45,480 nt of DNA from Pseudomonadota bacterium. Its GTDB lineage: Bacteria; Pseudomonadota; Gammaproteobacteria; Pseudomonadales; Azotimanducaceae. Shown piece after piece: positions 19,855 through 29,630 of the stretch. The position numbers were made by a program, and so were the translations under genes. A model generated the notes under the pieces. That model worked only from the letters and a program-made list of their open reading frames with translations. It was not told the origin of the DNA and made no database searches. Location of the stretch: positions 1 through 45,480 of the forward strand of contig JAACDW010000247.1 of the NCBI GenBank assembly GCA_009936775.1, read 5' to 3'. Position 1 is the first letter of the stretch. Each line of letters starts with the position of its first letter.

Positions 19855-22114
19855 AACGATAGACGCAACCAACGCACAAGAACCTGAAGCCATGGTCGTC
19901 AATGGTTTTAAGGTCATTCGAGCACTGGATTGCAAGAACCCCAGTCGCACGCTACTTGTGCAACGCTCTGCCAGTTCAGAAGCCGCAGTGCTTAAGTTTA
20001 CTGCTGCGCAGAGCCTTGAAAGCGAGCTTCTCGAAAGCGTAGCGCACCCAGGCATATGCCAACTTATCGGTTCAGGCAAGCAGGGCGACAAGCAATATGT
20101 TTTGCTCAGTTACTACGGTGAACAGAACTTACTGGACCGAGTGGAACAGGGCCTATCCATTCGCGATTTTCAACATATCGTGCTGCGGGTAGCAGCGGCT
20201 CTGGAACACCTGCACGCCCAAGGCTATGCCCACGGCGATCTGCGCCCAGAACATGTGCTAATGAGAAACCAAGAACATCCGGTTCTGATTGATTTCGACT
20301 GCACCTACGCACTGCACAGCGCCGATGTCAGCAACACTGTCAACAGTTCACCGGCCTATCTCAGTCCTGAAAGAATTCGTCCCAGCACGACCAACGCGAC
20401 GCCAATACCCCGGGCGGCAGCCGATTTTTACAGTCTAGGTGTCATGGCCTATCAGCTTCTCAGCGGCCGGTTACCCTTCACCGATGAGTCAGTGGAGGCC
20501 ACGCTGCAGGCCCATTTACAGGACAACGTGCCCAAGCTCCCTGCTCATTTGCAGGATCTTCAGCCGCTAATCGACGGCTTAATGCACAAAGACCCAACCC
20601 GGCGAATAGTTAGCCGTGCCGGGATAAAAAGCGCAATGGGGCCGTTACGCAAAAGCGCGGAACTGCTCAGCAACGTCATCCGCAGTGCCGCCATTGATAC
20701 CAGCGAGCTTGGGGCACTATTTGCTGACCTGCGTCTGCGGCCAGACGAGCTTGCGCGGCAAACCAAACGTCTGCGCAGCAAACGACGGCGACGCATCGCC
20801 TTGCAGAGCACTCTAACCATACTGTTGGCCGGAGTGTTGCTCGCCGGGCTTCTGACCTTCCGTGAGGCACTACTGCCGGTGGTAGAAGAGGCCGCTGCTG
20901 CATTAGGCGTTATCGAAAATCCGGCGCTCACCGCGGCGTGGCGCGAAGCGCAGTCGCTGGCATCCGATCCAAATCAAGGACTGAGTACCATCGTCGCCGC
21001 TTACCGGCGGGTTATTGAGCTGGCTCCAGACTATGAGAACGCGCAACTGGCCCTAGACGCAACAGAAAAGAGTTGGAAGCAGTCGATTACAGCAGCCATG
21101 GCGGTAAACGAGTTAGAGCAGGCACAAACACGTCTCACCGAGGCACAAAGTGTTTTTGCTGCGGACCCGGAACTGACAGTGTTGTCGCTGAGCCTACAAA
21201 ACCGATTTCGCGCCGAACGGTTGCTGATCAGCACAGAGTCTTTGTTGCGCAGCAGTGGCCTTTCTGACGAAGCCAGTGCAGGCGCGGCGATACAGGCGTT
21301 CGAAGAAATTTTACGCATTGCGCCGGATCACGTTGCCGCCACAAAGGGCCTAACCCAAATCGGCCAGCACTATGGCCAGCTATCAGCTCAGGCGGCACGC
21401 GACGGTGACGTGGCGGAAGCGATCCGTCTGCTGCAACAAGCGACCGCTGCGCGCAGCGATTTGCGAGAGCTTGATCAGGTCCGGCAACTCATCTCCCAAG
21501 CGACGTCGATTCAGAGCGCAATTGCCGAGCTCCTGGCCACAGCCCAACAACTGCGCGCACAAAATCGCTTGATCAGCACCGATGATGAAAATGCCGCGCA
21601 AATTTATTTGCGCGTGCTGGCCACGGACCCTGACAATGCCAGCGCCGCATCTGGCTTGGCACAAATCACCACACAGGTGATGGAGCAAACCCAAGACCTT
21701 CTCGACCAAGGAGCGATCAACCTTGCTCAGGCACGGCTGGACCTAGCGGCAGAACAGGGACTCGGCGCGACCCCCATCGCCAACATGCGAGAGCGTATTG
21801 ACAGTGAAATCACGCGCCGCAGGCAAATTGCCATTGGCCTAGAACAAGCAAACGTTTTGTTTGCGCAGGGGTTTATAACCGCGCCGGAACAAGACAATAC
21901 GGTGGCCAAGCTGCGCGAAGTTCTGAGTTTGGATCCGGGCAATGAAGAGGCGCAAAAGCAACTGCTGGCCTGCGCCAATCGCCTCGCCCAAGTGGCCCAG
22001 CAAGCGCAACAAGCTGGCATGGTGCTTCAGGCTAAGACCTACCTGGACTTGGCGCTTGAGCTGCAACCAGATATGCCCCTATGGCTAGCATGGTCTGCCG
22101 AGTGGGAGCAATAA
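19847..22114 (+). CDS. Membrane-anchored Hanks-type Ser/Thr kinase-like protein with TPR-like C-terminal repeats (degenerate catalytic motifs)
   Basis: AHPGI, HGDLRPEHVL, LIDFD, YLSPE, DFYSLGVMAYQLLSGRLPF; RRRR followed by a TM helix; four repeats of the type RVLxxDPxNxxA; start overlaps the MORN stop. Confidence 0.85.
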   Translation: MDETIDATNAQEPEAMVVNGFKVIRALDCKNPSRTLLVQRSASSEAAVLKFTAAQSLESELLESVAHPGICQLIGSGKQGDKQYVLLSYYGEQNLLDRVEQGLSIRDFQHIVLRVAAALEHLHAQGYAHGDLRPEHVLMRNQEHPVLIDFDCTYALHSADVSNTVNSSPAYLSPERIRPSTTNATPIPRAAADFYSLGVMAYQLLSGRLPFTDESVEATLQAHLQDNVPKLPAHLQDLQPLIDGLMHKDPTRRIVSRAGIKSAMGPLRKSAELLSNVIRSAAIDTSELGALFADLRLRPDELARQTKRLRSKRRRRIALQSTLTILLAGVLLAGLLTFREALLPVVEEAAAALGVIENPALTAAWREAQSLASDPNQGLSTIVAAYRRVIELAPDYENAQLALDATEKSWKQSITAAMAVNELEQAQTRLTEAQSVFAADPELTVLSLSLQNRFRAERLLISTESLLRSSGLSDEASAGAAIQAFEEILRIAPDHVAATKGLTQIGQHYGQLSAQAARDGDVAEAIRLLQQATAARSDLRELDQVRQLISQATSIQSAIAELLATAQQLRAQNRLISTDDENAAQIYLRVLATDPDNASAASGLAQITTQVMEQTQDLLDQGAINLAQARLDLAAEQGLGATPIANMRERIDSEITRRRQIAIGLEQANVLFAQGFITAPEQDNTVAKLREVLSLDPGNEEAQKQLLACANRLAQVAQQAQQAGMVLQAKTYLDLALELQPDMPLWLAWSAEWEQ

Positions 22115-22240
22115 CAGGCCGCGACCGCTCGAGTCTGGATTGCAATCAGACCAGACGAATTCTATATTCTCGCAACTTTTACAGCCGCTTCACCAATCCC
22201 TTGGTGAGCAGACACGCGTAATCACCGAGGCAACAGCATC

Positions 22241-23143
22241 ATGGTCCAGATCCCATACCGACGAGAGTTAGAGTTCGACTACGGCAGGGTTGCCGAGCTG
22301 GCACCGGGCATTCGCCGCGTTATCGCTAACAATCCCAGTCCGTTTACATTCCACGGTACCGGCACCTACATTTTGGGCACTGGCAAAGTCGCTGTAATTG
22401 ATCCCGGTCCAGACGATGAGGCGCATATCGCGGCGATTCTTAAAGCTTTGGACGGCGAAGACGTGAGTCATATTCTCGTCACGCATACGCATATGGACCA
22501 CTCCCCGGGTTGCCGGCCACTGCAGGCAAAAACCGGTGCCCCCACTTACGCCTATGGCCCCCACGGCGCGGGCAAGATGGAGCAAGGGGTGCAAGTGGAG
22601 GAGGGCGGCGACATGGACTTCGCCCCAGATCACTTGGTCAAGCACGGTGATGTGATTGAAGGCAGTGACTGGACGGTGGAGTGCGTTTATACGCCAGGCC
22701 ATACCTCTAACCACGTTTGCTTCGCCTTACGCGAACAAAAAGCACTCTTTACTGGCGACCATGTTATGGGTTGGTCAACGAGTATTATCTCGCCACCAGA
22801 CGGCGACATGGCGGCCTATATGCACAGCCTAGAGCTGCTGCTCGAGCGCGACGACGCGGTTTATTGGCCCACTCACGGCCCCTCCATTATCGATCCGAAA
22901 ACCCATGTGCGTGCTTATATTGAGCACCGACTTGAGCGCGAAGAGCAAATACTCGACTGCATAGACAAGGGCACCCATCGCATACGAGACATGGTGCCCT
23001 TGATGTACCGCGACACGCCGGAATTCATGTATCCCGCAGCCGCACGTAGCGTGCTTGCGGCGATGGAGAACTTAGTGCGCAAGGGTAAGGTCAGCATGGA
23101 CGGCGATGCCTTGAGCATGGACAGCGCCTATCGTTTGGCCTGA
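22241..23143 (+). CDS. MBL-fold metallo-hydrolase (LACTB2-like) with C-terminal winged-helix-like tail
   Basis: ANNPSPFTFHGTGTY, THTHMDH, TPGHTSNH, TGDHVMGWST, PTHG. Confidence 0.9.
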   Translation: MVQIPYRRELEFDYGRVAELAPGIRRVIANNPSPFTFHGTGTYILGTGKVAVIDPGPDDEAHIAAILKALDGEDVSHILVTHTHMDHSPGCRPLQAKTGAPTYAYGPHGAGKMEQGVQVEEGGDMDFAPDHLVKHGDVIEGSDWTVECVYTPGHTSNHVCFALREQKALFTGDHVMGWSTSIISPPDGDMAAYMHSLELLLERDDAVYWPTHGPSIIDPKTHVRAYIEHRLEREEQILDCIDKGTHRIRDMVPLMYRDTPEFMYPAAARSVLAAMENLVRKGKVSMDGDALSMDSAYRLA

Positions 23144-23188
23144 CCAGCGGCGACTGCGGCATGCGCAAAGACTGCGTGAGCTTGAGGC

Positions 23189-25414
23189 CTAAGGCTCTGC
23201 TCGCAGCGGCGTTTGTGTGCTGGCCGCGGGCTTGATACCAGACTGGGTTGTTGGTGCAACCAGCGGCAGACGGATGACAAAGGCAACGCCGCTGCGATCC
23301 TCTAGATTGATCGCCATCACAGTGCCACCGTGATGCTCAGCAATGATCCGCACAACGTGCAAGCCTAAACCAAAGTGCAGACGGTTATCCGGGCCACGGT
23401 GGCTTACCATGGAATCAAAGATGGTTTGTAACTTCGCTTCTGGCAGCGCGGCTCCTCGATTTGCCACTACGATTTGCACTAGATCGCCGAAACACTCTAG
23501 CTGCACACGAATGGGCGTATCCGCACGATGAAAATCCACAGCATTGTCGACCAACTTATCGAGCATTTGTTCAATACGAAAATCTGATACCAGTGCCGGC
23601 GCTGGCGTGGCGCTGCCGTGATACCGGAAGATCACGTTGTTATGCGTCGATCCGCAGTTGGCCACATAGCTGGCAAGCAACTCGTTAAGGTCGATTTCTT
23701 CGAGTTCTTCGGCCTCTAGCGCCTCTTCTAAATTCGCCGCGTCGGCAAGGTTTTGTACGATAGAACCGATACGATTAACCCCACGCTTTGCGCTTTCTAA
23801 GTACTTGCTGGAATCTATATCCGGGTGCTCCTCAGCCAGGTTTTGCAGCGAAGTACTCAGCGTATTGAGCGGGTTATTAATTTCATGACGCAGCGTGCGC
23901 GGCATGTTTTCGAGAAAGCCATTGTGCTGCTTAAGCTTCTCTAACATATTAGATACGCTGCGTGCTAGATCGCCAATTTCGTCGCCAGCATTCATCTCGT
24001 TAAGCAGGCCACCGCGCCGCAACCGACCACGCACGTCGATAGCTGAAGCCGCCTCTTGGCGCAGGTTGCGAATACGCCAAGCCAAGCGTCCGGCAAAGGC
24101 AATCAACGCCAGAAAAATCGCAAACAGACTGAGCAGTGATAACGACAGCACCTGTTCTAGCGACGAGCGCTGAAAGCGCAAAATGTCGTCGATATTTTGC
24201 TCAACGATAACGGTGCCAATTACCTGATCGGCAGAAACAATGGGGTGAGCGGCCAAGATAATTTCCTGTCCATCCGCTAACAGATTACGCAGCGCGATGG
24301 GGTCGCCCTCTAAGCTGATGCGGATGGCGCGATCCCCCGGGCTCTCAACGGACGCCGCGCTCGCCCGTCCCGCCTCATTCACGGCGTTAAGGGGTTTAAC
24401 TGTTTTGGCGCGAAGAATTTCACCTATCCAATCGCCAGCACGAGTTAACTAGCGCGTCACCGTGTTGAACCGAATCGCAGCGCCGTCCGCTTCAACACTT
24501 TGGCGCGTATTGCCCACCTCGGCGCGAACGCGCTGCAGGCTGTCGATGACCAGAATTTTAGCTCCCGAATAACCCAGACCCTGCACAATATTGCGTACCT
24601 CCGGGGTTCGCAAAACCACTAAGTTGAAGCTTTGGTCCGCTTGCGCGGGAATAGTCCGGGTAGTGCGCACCACGTTGCGCTGCAATATGTCGTCAACGTC
24701 CACATAGGTCAGGCCAAAGTATTGCCGGGAACCCAGCAGGCTCAGCGGAATGCGGAATTCCAGAACCACTTCATTTTGACCCGCTACGGGACGCAGTACG
24801 CCCTGCACGCGATTGTCGGCACTCCCCGTCGCGGCGTAGCGCCACTGTTCGTCCATGGCAAAACCGGTGACTACGTTGGCAGTGTCAAAAACGAGCGACA
24901 TGCGACCTTCCTGCCCGTCCGCGGCAATAAAATTTAGCTGGATATGGTCAGCATTATCGAGGCGCAGGTACTCGGTATCGCGATACACCAATTGGTTGTC
25001 GCGTATCCGCATATGCGCGTATAAAAAGTCTGAGCGCTCGCCGAGTAGCAGGGTAAAGTCCGAATCTGCGCTGCCACTTGCCGAACCAAAGGCCAAATAA
25101 CCCGCCTCGCGGGCCTGCCCCCAATCCTCTGCATCACCGTCCAAGCGTATGGTGCTTTGCAAAGGCTGCGCATAAAGCGCCTGGAAATCCTCCAATGCCA
25201 CAGGCAGATCGTTGAACAGATCTTCGCGACCGTTAAACAGCGTGGAAATACCTTCGGCGGTGAGAAGTTGGGCTTGGGATTGACCCTGAATCAACAGACG
25301 TTCCATTTCCACTAATTGCAGATAGCTAAACCAAGGCACAACGAGCAGCGCTAGACCCATGAGCGCGAGCTTAGTGCCCAGTTTGGGACCGCGAAAAGTT
25401 AACCTAAACGCCAT
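23189..25414 (-). pseudogene. PdsS-like sensor histidine kinase interrupted by one in-frame TAG at 24449-24451
   Basis: N-terminal TM LVVPWFSY..EMERLL..GQ, IRLDG..DW periplasmic domain; in frame TVTR*LTRAGDWIGE... into second TM, HAMP (DEIGDLARS), LRHEINNPL, LDKLVDNA, HFGLGL. Confidence 0.85.
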
Positions 25415-25426
25415 TGCCCTGACGTC

Positions 25427-26128
25427 CTATTGCTTGGTCCAGCGGTACCCAAACCCGTACTCGCTCTTGATGCAGGCAAATTCTGCGTCCGCCGCTTCAA
25501 ATTTTTTGCGAATATTGCGCATGTGGGTATTGATGGTGTTATTCGTGACCAAACTTTGCATGGTGGCGTTCATCAGCGTTTCATAGCTCACCGCATGACC
25601 CGGAACCCGCACCAGTTTCGCCAGCATACGAAACTCAGTACCGGAAAGATCGATGCGCTGTTCTTTCCAGCTCACCAGCAAGGCATCCTGATCCAGAGCC
25701 AAATCGCCGATATTTTTTGCCGAACTGGCTTCGGTATTCGCCAGCGCATTACGCGCCTCGTTAATACGCAGCAACGATGAGATACGCTCTGCTAAATAAT
25801 CCAAGGAGATCGGTTTCGGCAGATAGTCCCAGGCACCCAGTCGCAGCCCCGAAATTTTGTCGATTTCGTTAATGCGTTCGGTTAAGAAGATAACCGGTAG
25901 GCTCGGCGAGCGGGCCAATAACTCGCGGCATAACTGGAAGCCTGCGTCTACTTCATCGCCAAGAATAATATCCAAGATGGCGAGATCAGGCAGGGCGTCG
26001 TCGAAGGCTGCAAGGGCCTCCTCTCGATTGCCATATGCGCTCACTTGATAGCCTTTGTTGGTTATCGCATCGGCATAATTCGAGCGCTGATCTGGATCGT
26101 CCTCAACGATGACTATATGTTTTGCCAC
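25427..26128 (-). CDS. OmpR-family response regulator, PdsR-like
   Basis: IVEDD..RSNYADA, LPDLAILDI.LGDEVDAGF.LC.EL, winged helix NTINTHMRNIRKKF..YGFGYRW; adjacent to the PdsS-like kinase. Confidence 0.88.
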   Translation of the reverse strand: MAKHIVIVEDDPDQRSNYADAITNKGYQVSAYGNREEALAAFDDALPDLAILDIILGDEVDAGFQLCRELLARSPSLPVIFLTERINEIDKISGLRLGAWDYLPKPISLDYLAERISSLLRINEARNALANTEASSAKNIGDLALDQDALLVSWKEQRIDLSGTEFRMLAKLVRVPGHAVSYETLMNATMQSLVTNNTINTHMRNIRKKFEAADAEFACIKSEYGFGYRWTKQ

Positions 26129-26310
26129 ATGCCAGTCCTTGCTGTGCTGAAAAGCGCTAGTCTAGCGGGTTTGGTCGGCAAATTTGCACCCACAACTACT
26201 CACGATTGCCTCCATGATCTTCAATGACTTCTCAACTGGTTTTCGCAAAAGTCTGGGTCTGCCTCTGCTTTACTGCGCTAGTAATTACTGGGGATGAGAG
26301 ATAGCAGCAA

Positions 26311-26625
26311 ATGACTACACAACAGCATCTCAACAGGCGTCATACGACCAACGCCACGGGTGCATCCATGGCGACGGGATGCTGCAAAAACGAAAGCGCT
26401 CCGAAAGTGGTGTTTTTACCGTTCTCCGAGAGTCTTATGAAAAGTCCACGCCAGCATACCGCCTGCTGGCAGCAGCGCAGCGAGTTGGCCTCGACGCGTG
26501 TGACTAACTATCCTGCAGATCTAAAAACCAATCAGACTAACAGCCTCATGCTGGTGCCCTTTGACCACGAATACATGTCTTTGAGTGTGCTTCGCCACGG
26601 TCGCTGGGAATCGCTAAACCAGTAA
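26311..26625 (+). CDS. Hypothetical small protein
   Basis: 104-codon ATG ORF with purine-rich upstream sequence, filling an otherwise empty gap divergent from the regulator; no recognisable motif. Confidence 0.45.
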   Translation: MTTQQHLNRRHTTNATGASMATGCCKNESAPKVVFLPFSESLMKSPRQHTACWQQRSELASTRVTNYPADLKTNQTNSLMLVPFDHEYMSLSVLRHGRWESLNQ

Positions 26626-26695
26626 CGCCTCTCCGCGGTTGCGCTCCCTAACCGCCCTAGGCAAGCTTCGCTGACCTTATCTTGGGAACGCGGAC

Positions 26696-27298
26696 GTGAC
26701 ATTTCTGATGGAAAACTGGCTTGAAGCTACCGGCCTCATCAGCGGCATTGCCTGCGTCTGGCTGTTGATCCGAGAACATGTTCTAACTTTTCCCATTGGC
26801 ATGCTCTACGCATTGATCACCATCGTTGTCGTCGCTCGCGCCATGCTCTTTGCCGACGTGGTGCTCAATATTTACTACGTTGTTATGAACGCCTATGGCT
26901 GGTACTACTGGCTTTATGGCGGACAGCAGCTACGCCAACCCGCGGGGGAACTGCTGCCCCAGAGAATCAGCTTGGCTAGGGCTGCAAGCCTCGTGGTTAT
27001 CACGCTGCTTGGTAGCATCGTTATGGGCTATGTCTTCGATGCCTATACACAGGCGGATTTGGCCTATATCGACAGCCTCACCACAGTGGCGAGTTTCGTG
27101 GCCATGTGGATGAGCGCACGCAAGTACTTGAGCAGTTGGCTTGCGTGGTTTGCAATCGACGTCGTACAGATTGGGCTTTATGTGGTGAAGGGCATGAGTA
27201 CGGACTCAGGTCTGTTCTTCTACGCGGGGCTATATAGCGTCTACTTAGTCATGGCCGTTTGAGGTTGGCTGCGTTGGCGTGAGCGCTTGGCTGAATGA
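26696..27298 (+). CDS. pnuC: PnuC-family nicotinamide riboside/vitamin transporter; premature in-frame TGA at 27260-27262
   Basis: CVWLLIRE, YGWYYW, DSLTTVASFVAMWM.ARK...SW..W..IDV; read-through gives MAV*GWLRWRERLAE* ending in an ATGA overlap with the next gene. Confidence 0.88.
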
Positions 27299-27834
27299 TC
27301 TGGGTATTAACCGGGCCTGAATCGTCGGGAAAATCGACCCTAGCCAGAGCCATCGCTGACCACATGGGGTGGCCTGCTTATGCGGAACAGGCTCGAACCT
27401 ACTTGCAGCAGTCCACTACTGCAGATGGGCCAACCGGAGCGACCTATCTTCCATCCGACTTACTCAACTTGGTGCAGATACAGCAGCAAATGGAGGCTGC
27501 GGTATCACCTACCGAAAACATCATCCTCGACACGGACCTGCTCACTTTGAGTATATGGTGGCAGGACAAATACGGACCACTACCACCGATCTTTCAGCAG
27601 GCTTGGGCCGAGCAACTGCCTCGATTTTATCTGCTGTGTCGGCCAGACCTGCCGTGGCAGCGCGATCCGCTGCGCGAAAATCCTCACGACCGAGACCGAC
27701 TGTTCGATTTGTATGCGCAGGCGCTTGTGCGCCGCCAATGCGACTTCGCTGTCTGCGAAGGCATCAATGAGGCCCGATTGGCCTGCACCTTGGCGCATGA
27801 GCGCAGGCGCGAGGCGATAATACGAGGTGATTAA
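27295..27834 (+). CDS. NadR-like P-loop kinase/ATPase (AAA_28; ribosylnicotinamide kinase-like)
   Basis: TGPESSGKSTLA, EQARTYL, ILDTDLL, PDLPWQRDPLRENP; coupled to pnuC. Confidence 0.85.
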   Translation: MIWVLTGPESSGKSTLARAIADHMGWPAYAEQARTYLQQSTTADGPTGATYLPSDLLNLVQIQQQMEAAVSPTENIILDTDLLTLSIWWQDKYGPLPPIFQQAWAEQLPRFYLLCRPDLPWQRDPLRENPHDRDRLFDLYAQALVRRQCDFAVCEGINEARLACTLAHERRREAIIRGD

Positions 27835-28706
27835 AAGGACGGCGATCGCTCAAGCTTGTGTTGAGCGATATCAACCTGAGCAAGGATCTCATCTCTGACG
27901 TTGCCTGCGTCTAACTGAAATTTAGCCCACGCCCATTCGCGCAACCAAAAGTGCCTAAACACTCGGCTGAGGCGCTCCGCGGGGACATCTGGCATGAACT
28001 GCCGAGCCAGCTCTGGCAGCGTCTGAGGGTCGAGTTCGAGCCCCTGATGCAGGCCAATCAGGTCGAATAGCGGGTCATTGCGTCCGGCGAACTCCCAATC
28101 AAGGGTTATCCAATCCGTGTCGGTCACCAATATATTCCATGGATTCAGATCGTTATGGCAGGTTTGATCGCTCCTATCTGGCTCAGCAGCAAGATCGGCC
28201 TGTAGCTGCGGAGCCAGCTTGGTAGCGGCAAACTCCAATTGGTCAGGCGCTAGAAACTCCGGCAGCAGGTCCGGCACATGGTAGGCGTGAGTAACTTTCG
28301 GCAGGTTAGCGTGCAGTTTGTGCAGGTAGTTCAACAGGTCTTGTTCCTCAAACTGCTGGGGGTAGGCATCGGCCAGCAGTTGACCTTCGATCCAAGGCGT
28401 AACCATAAGCCCGCTGGCTGCATCCAGTGCGGCTGGTCGAAGACCAATTTGCGCTGGCAGTTGCTGATACAACGCAACTTCAGCCAAACGATCGACATAG
28501 GGCTGCTGGCGTTGGGGAACGCGGAGCACATAGCGAGTCGTGCCATTGTCCGCTTGGCGGTCAAATACCAGGTTGGCATTGCTGTAACCGCCGCTTAAAT
28601 AACCAAAGTTCGTCAGTGCATCGTGCCGCCAACTTGGCAGCAAACCACGGATCAGAGTACTCAACCCGTCAACGGAGAATCCCAGCGCTTGCAGCTCTTC
28701 ATCCAT
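27831..28706 (-). CDS. Choline/aminoglycoside/thiamine kinase-family phosphotransferase
   Basis: LSGGYSN, YVLRVP, Brenner motif CHNDLNPWNIL, LDWEFAG.NDPLFDL. Confidence 0.85.
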   Translation of the reverse strand: MDEELQALGFSVDGLSTLIRGLLPSWRHDALTNFGYLSGGYSNANLVFDRQADNGTTRYVLRVPQRQQPYVDRLAEVALYQQLPAQIGLRPAALDAASGLMVTPWIEGQLLADAYPQQFEEQDLLNYLHKLHANLPKVTHAYHVPDLLPEFLAPDQLEFAATKLAPQLQADLAAEPDRSDQTCHNDLNPWNILVTDTDWITLDWEFAGRNDPLFDLIGLHQGLELDPQTLPELARQFMPDVPAERLSRVFRHFWLREWAWAKFQLDAGNVRDEILAQVDIAQHKLERSPSF

Positions 28707-28735
28707 CTAGCCGGGTACCTCGCTGCGCATCGACT

Positions 28736-29506
28736 TCAGTTCGCCCCTATGGCCAAACTTACCGCACGCTGCATCACTTCGCCGATGGCTTCATGGATTA
28801 CCAAGTCTGCCAAGGCGTCTTGATCTGTCGGTTCTCTATTAACGATAACCAACCCGGCACCCAGTTGCTTGGCGTACTGCGGGAATCCTGCAGCCGGATA
28901 GACCGTGAGAGATGAGCCCAGGACTATCAGCAGGTCGCAGGCCTCGACAAACTGCTGGGCCTTCAGCATTTGGTCTTCTGGCATGCTTTGGCCAAAAGAA
29001 ATTGTCGCGGTTTTGATCAGACCGCCGCAGCGCGAGCAGGGACTGACACTGCTGTTGCGATTGAAGTCATCGCGCAACTGGGCCAACTCGTAACGCGCCC
29101 CGCAAGACAAACAGCTGGCATAAGTGGCATTGCCGTGCAGCTCGACAATTTGCGCCTCGGCGACACCGGAATTTTGATGCAGGTTGTCGACATTCTGCGT
29201 AATCACTGCCCCAGCATGACTTGCAGCAAACCAACGCTGAATCGCTAGGTGCCCAAGGTTAGGCTTCGCCTCGCTGATCGCGTCGCTGGAAAATTTGCGC
29301 CGCCAAGATTCGTATCTGGCTTCTTCCGAATCGACAAAATCTTGAAATTCGATGGGCTTGATTTTGTTCCAAAGCCCGGTGCCGGGGCTACGAAAATCCG
29401 GTATACCTGATTCGGTACTGATGCCAGCGCCTGTAAAGAAGACCGTATTCTGAGCATCACGTAGGCGTTGGGCCAGTTCGTCAATGGCGGCATCAATCGT
29501 GTTCAT
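28736..29506 (-). CDS. cobB: Sir2-family NAD-dependent protein deacylase
   Basis: TGAGISTESGIPDFRS, ITQNVDNLH, ELHGN, CxxC...CxxC, GSSLTVYPAA, VNREPT. Confidence 0.92.
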   Translation of the reverse strand: MNTIDAAIDELAQRLRDAQNTVFFTGAGISTESGIPDFRSPGTGLWNKIKPIEFQDFVDSEEARYESWRRKFSSDAISEAKPNLGHLAIQRWFAASHAGAVITQNVDNLHQNSGVAEAQIVELHGNATYASCLSCGARYELAQLRDDFNRNSSVSPCSRCGGLIKTATISFGQSMPEDQMLKAQQFVEACDLLIVLGSSLTVYPAAGFPQYAKQLGAGLVIVNREPTDQDALADLVIHEAIGEVMQRAVSLAIGAN

Positions 29507-29630
29507 AACGCTCCTTATCAGCTCCGTTCGAAGGCGACATCACTCGGCCGTATTTTTATCAATGGTATCATCGTCCACAGTCTATGCCCGCAACTGCGGA
29601 TCGACTATGTCCCCACGCACTGGTACCGCT

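Noticed and set aside
22134-22150. Imperfect palindrome around GATTGCAATC upstream of the MBL gene
   Set aside because: Short, single occurrence, and no matching regulator can be assigned
26129-26695. TPP or other riboswitch upstream of pnuC
   Set aside because: No TPP signature recognised; only a short GCGGTT/AACCGC hairpin near 26635-26655. A covariance search would be needed to exclude it fully
28736-29506. Sir2 as an anti-phage effector (Thoeris/DSR type)
   Set aside because: Canonical roughly 250-aa zinc-binding deacylase with no fused or adjacent defence domains
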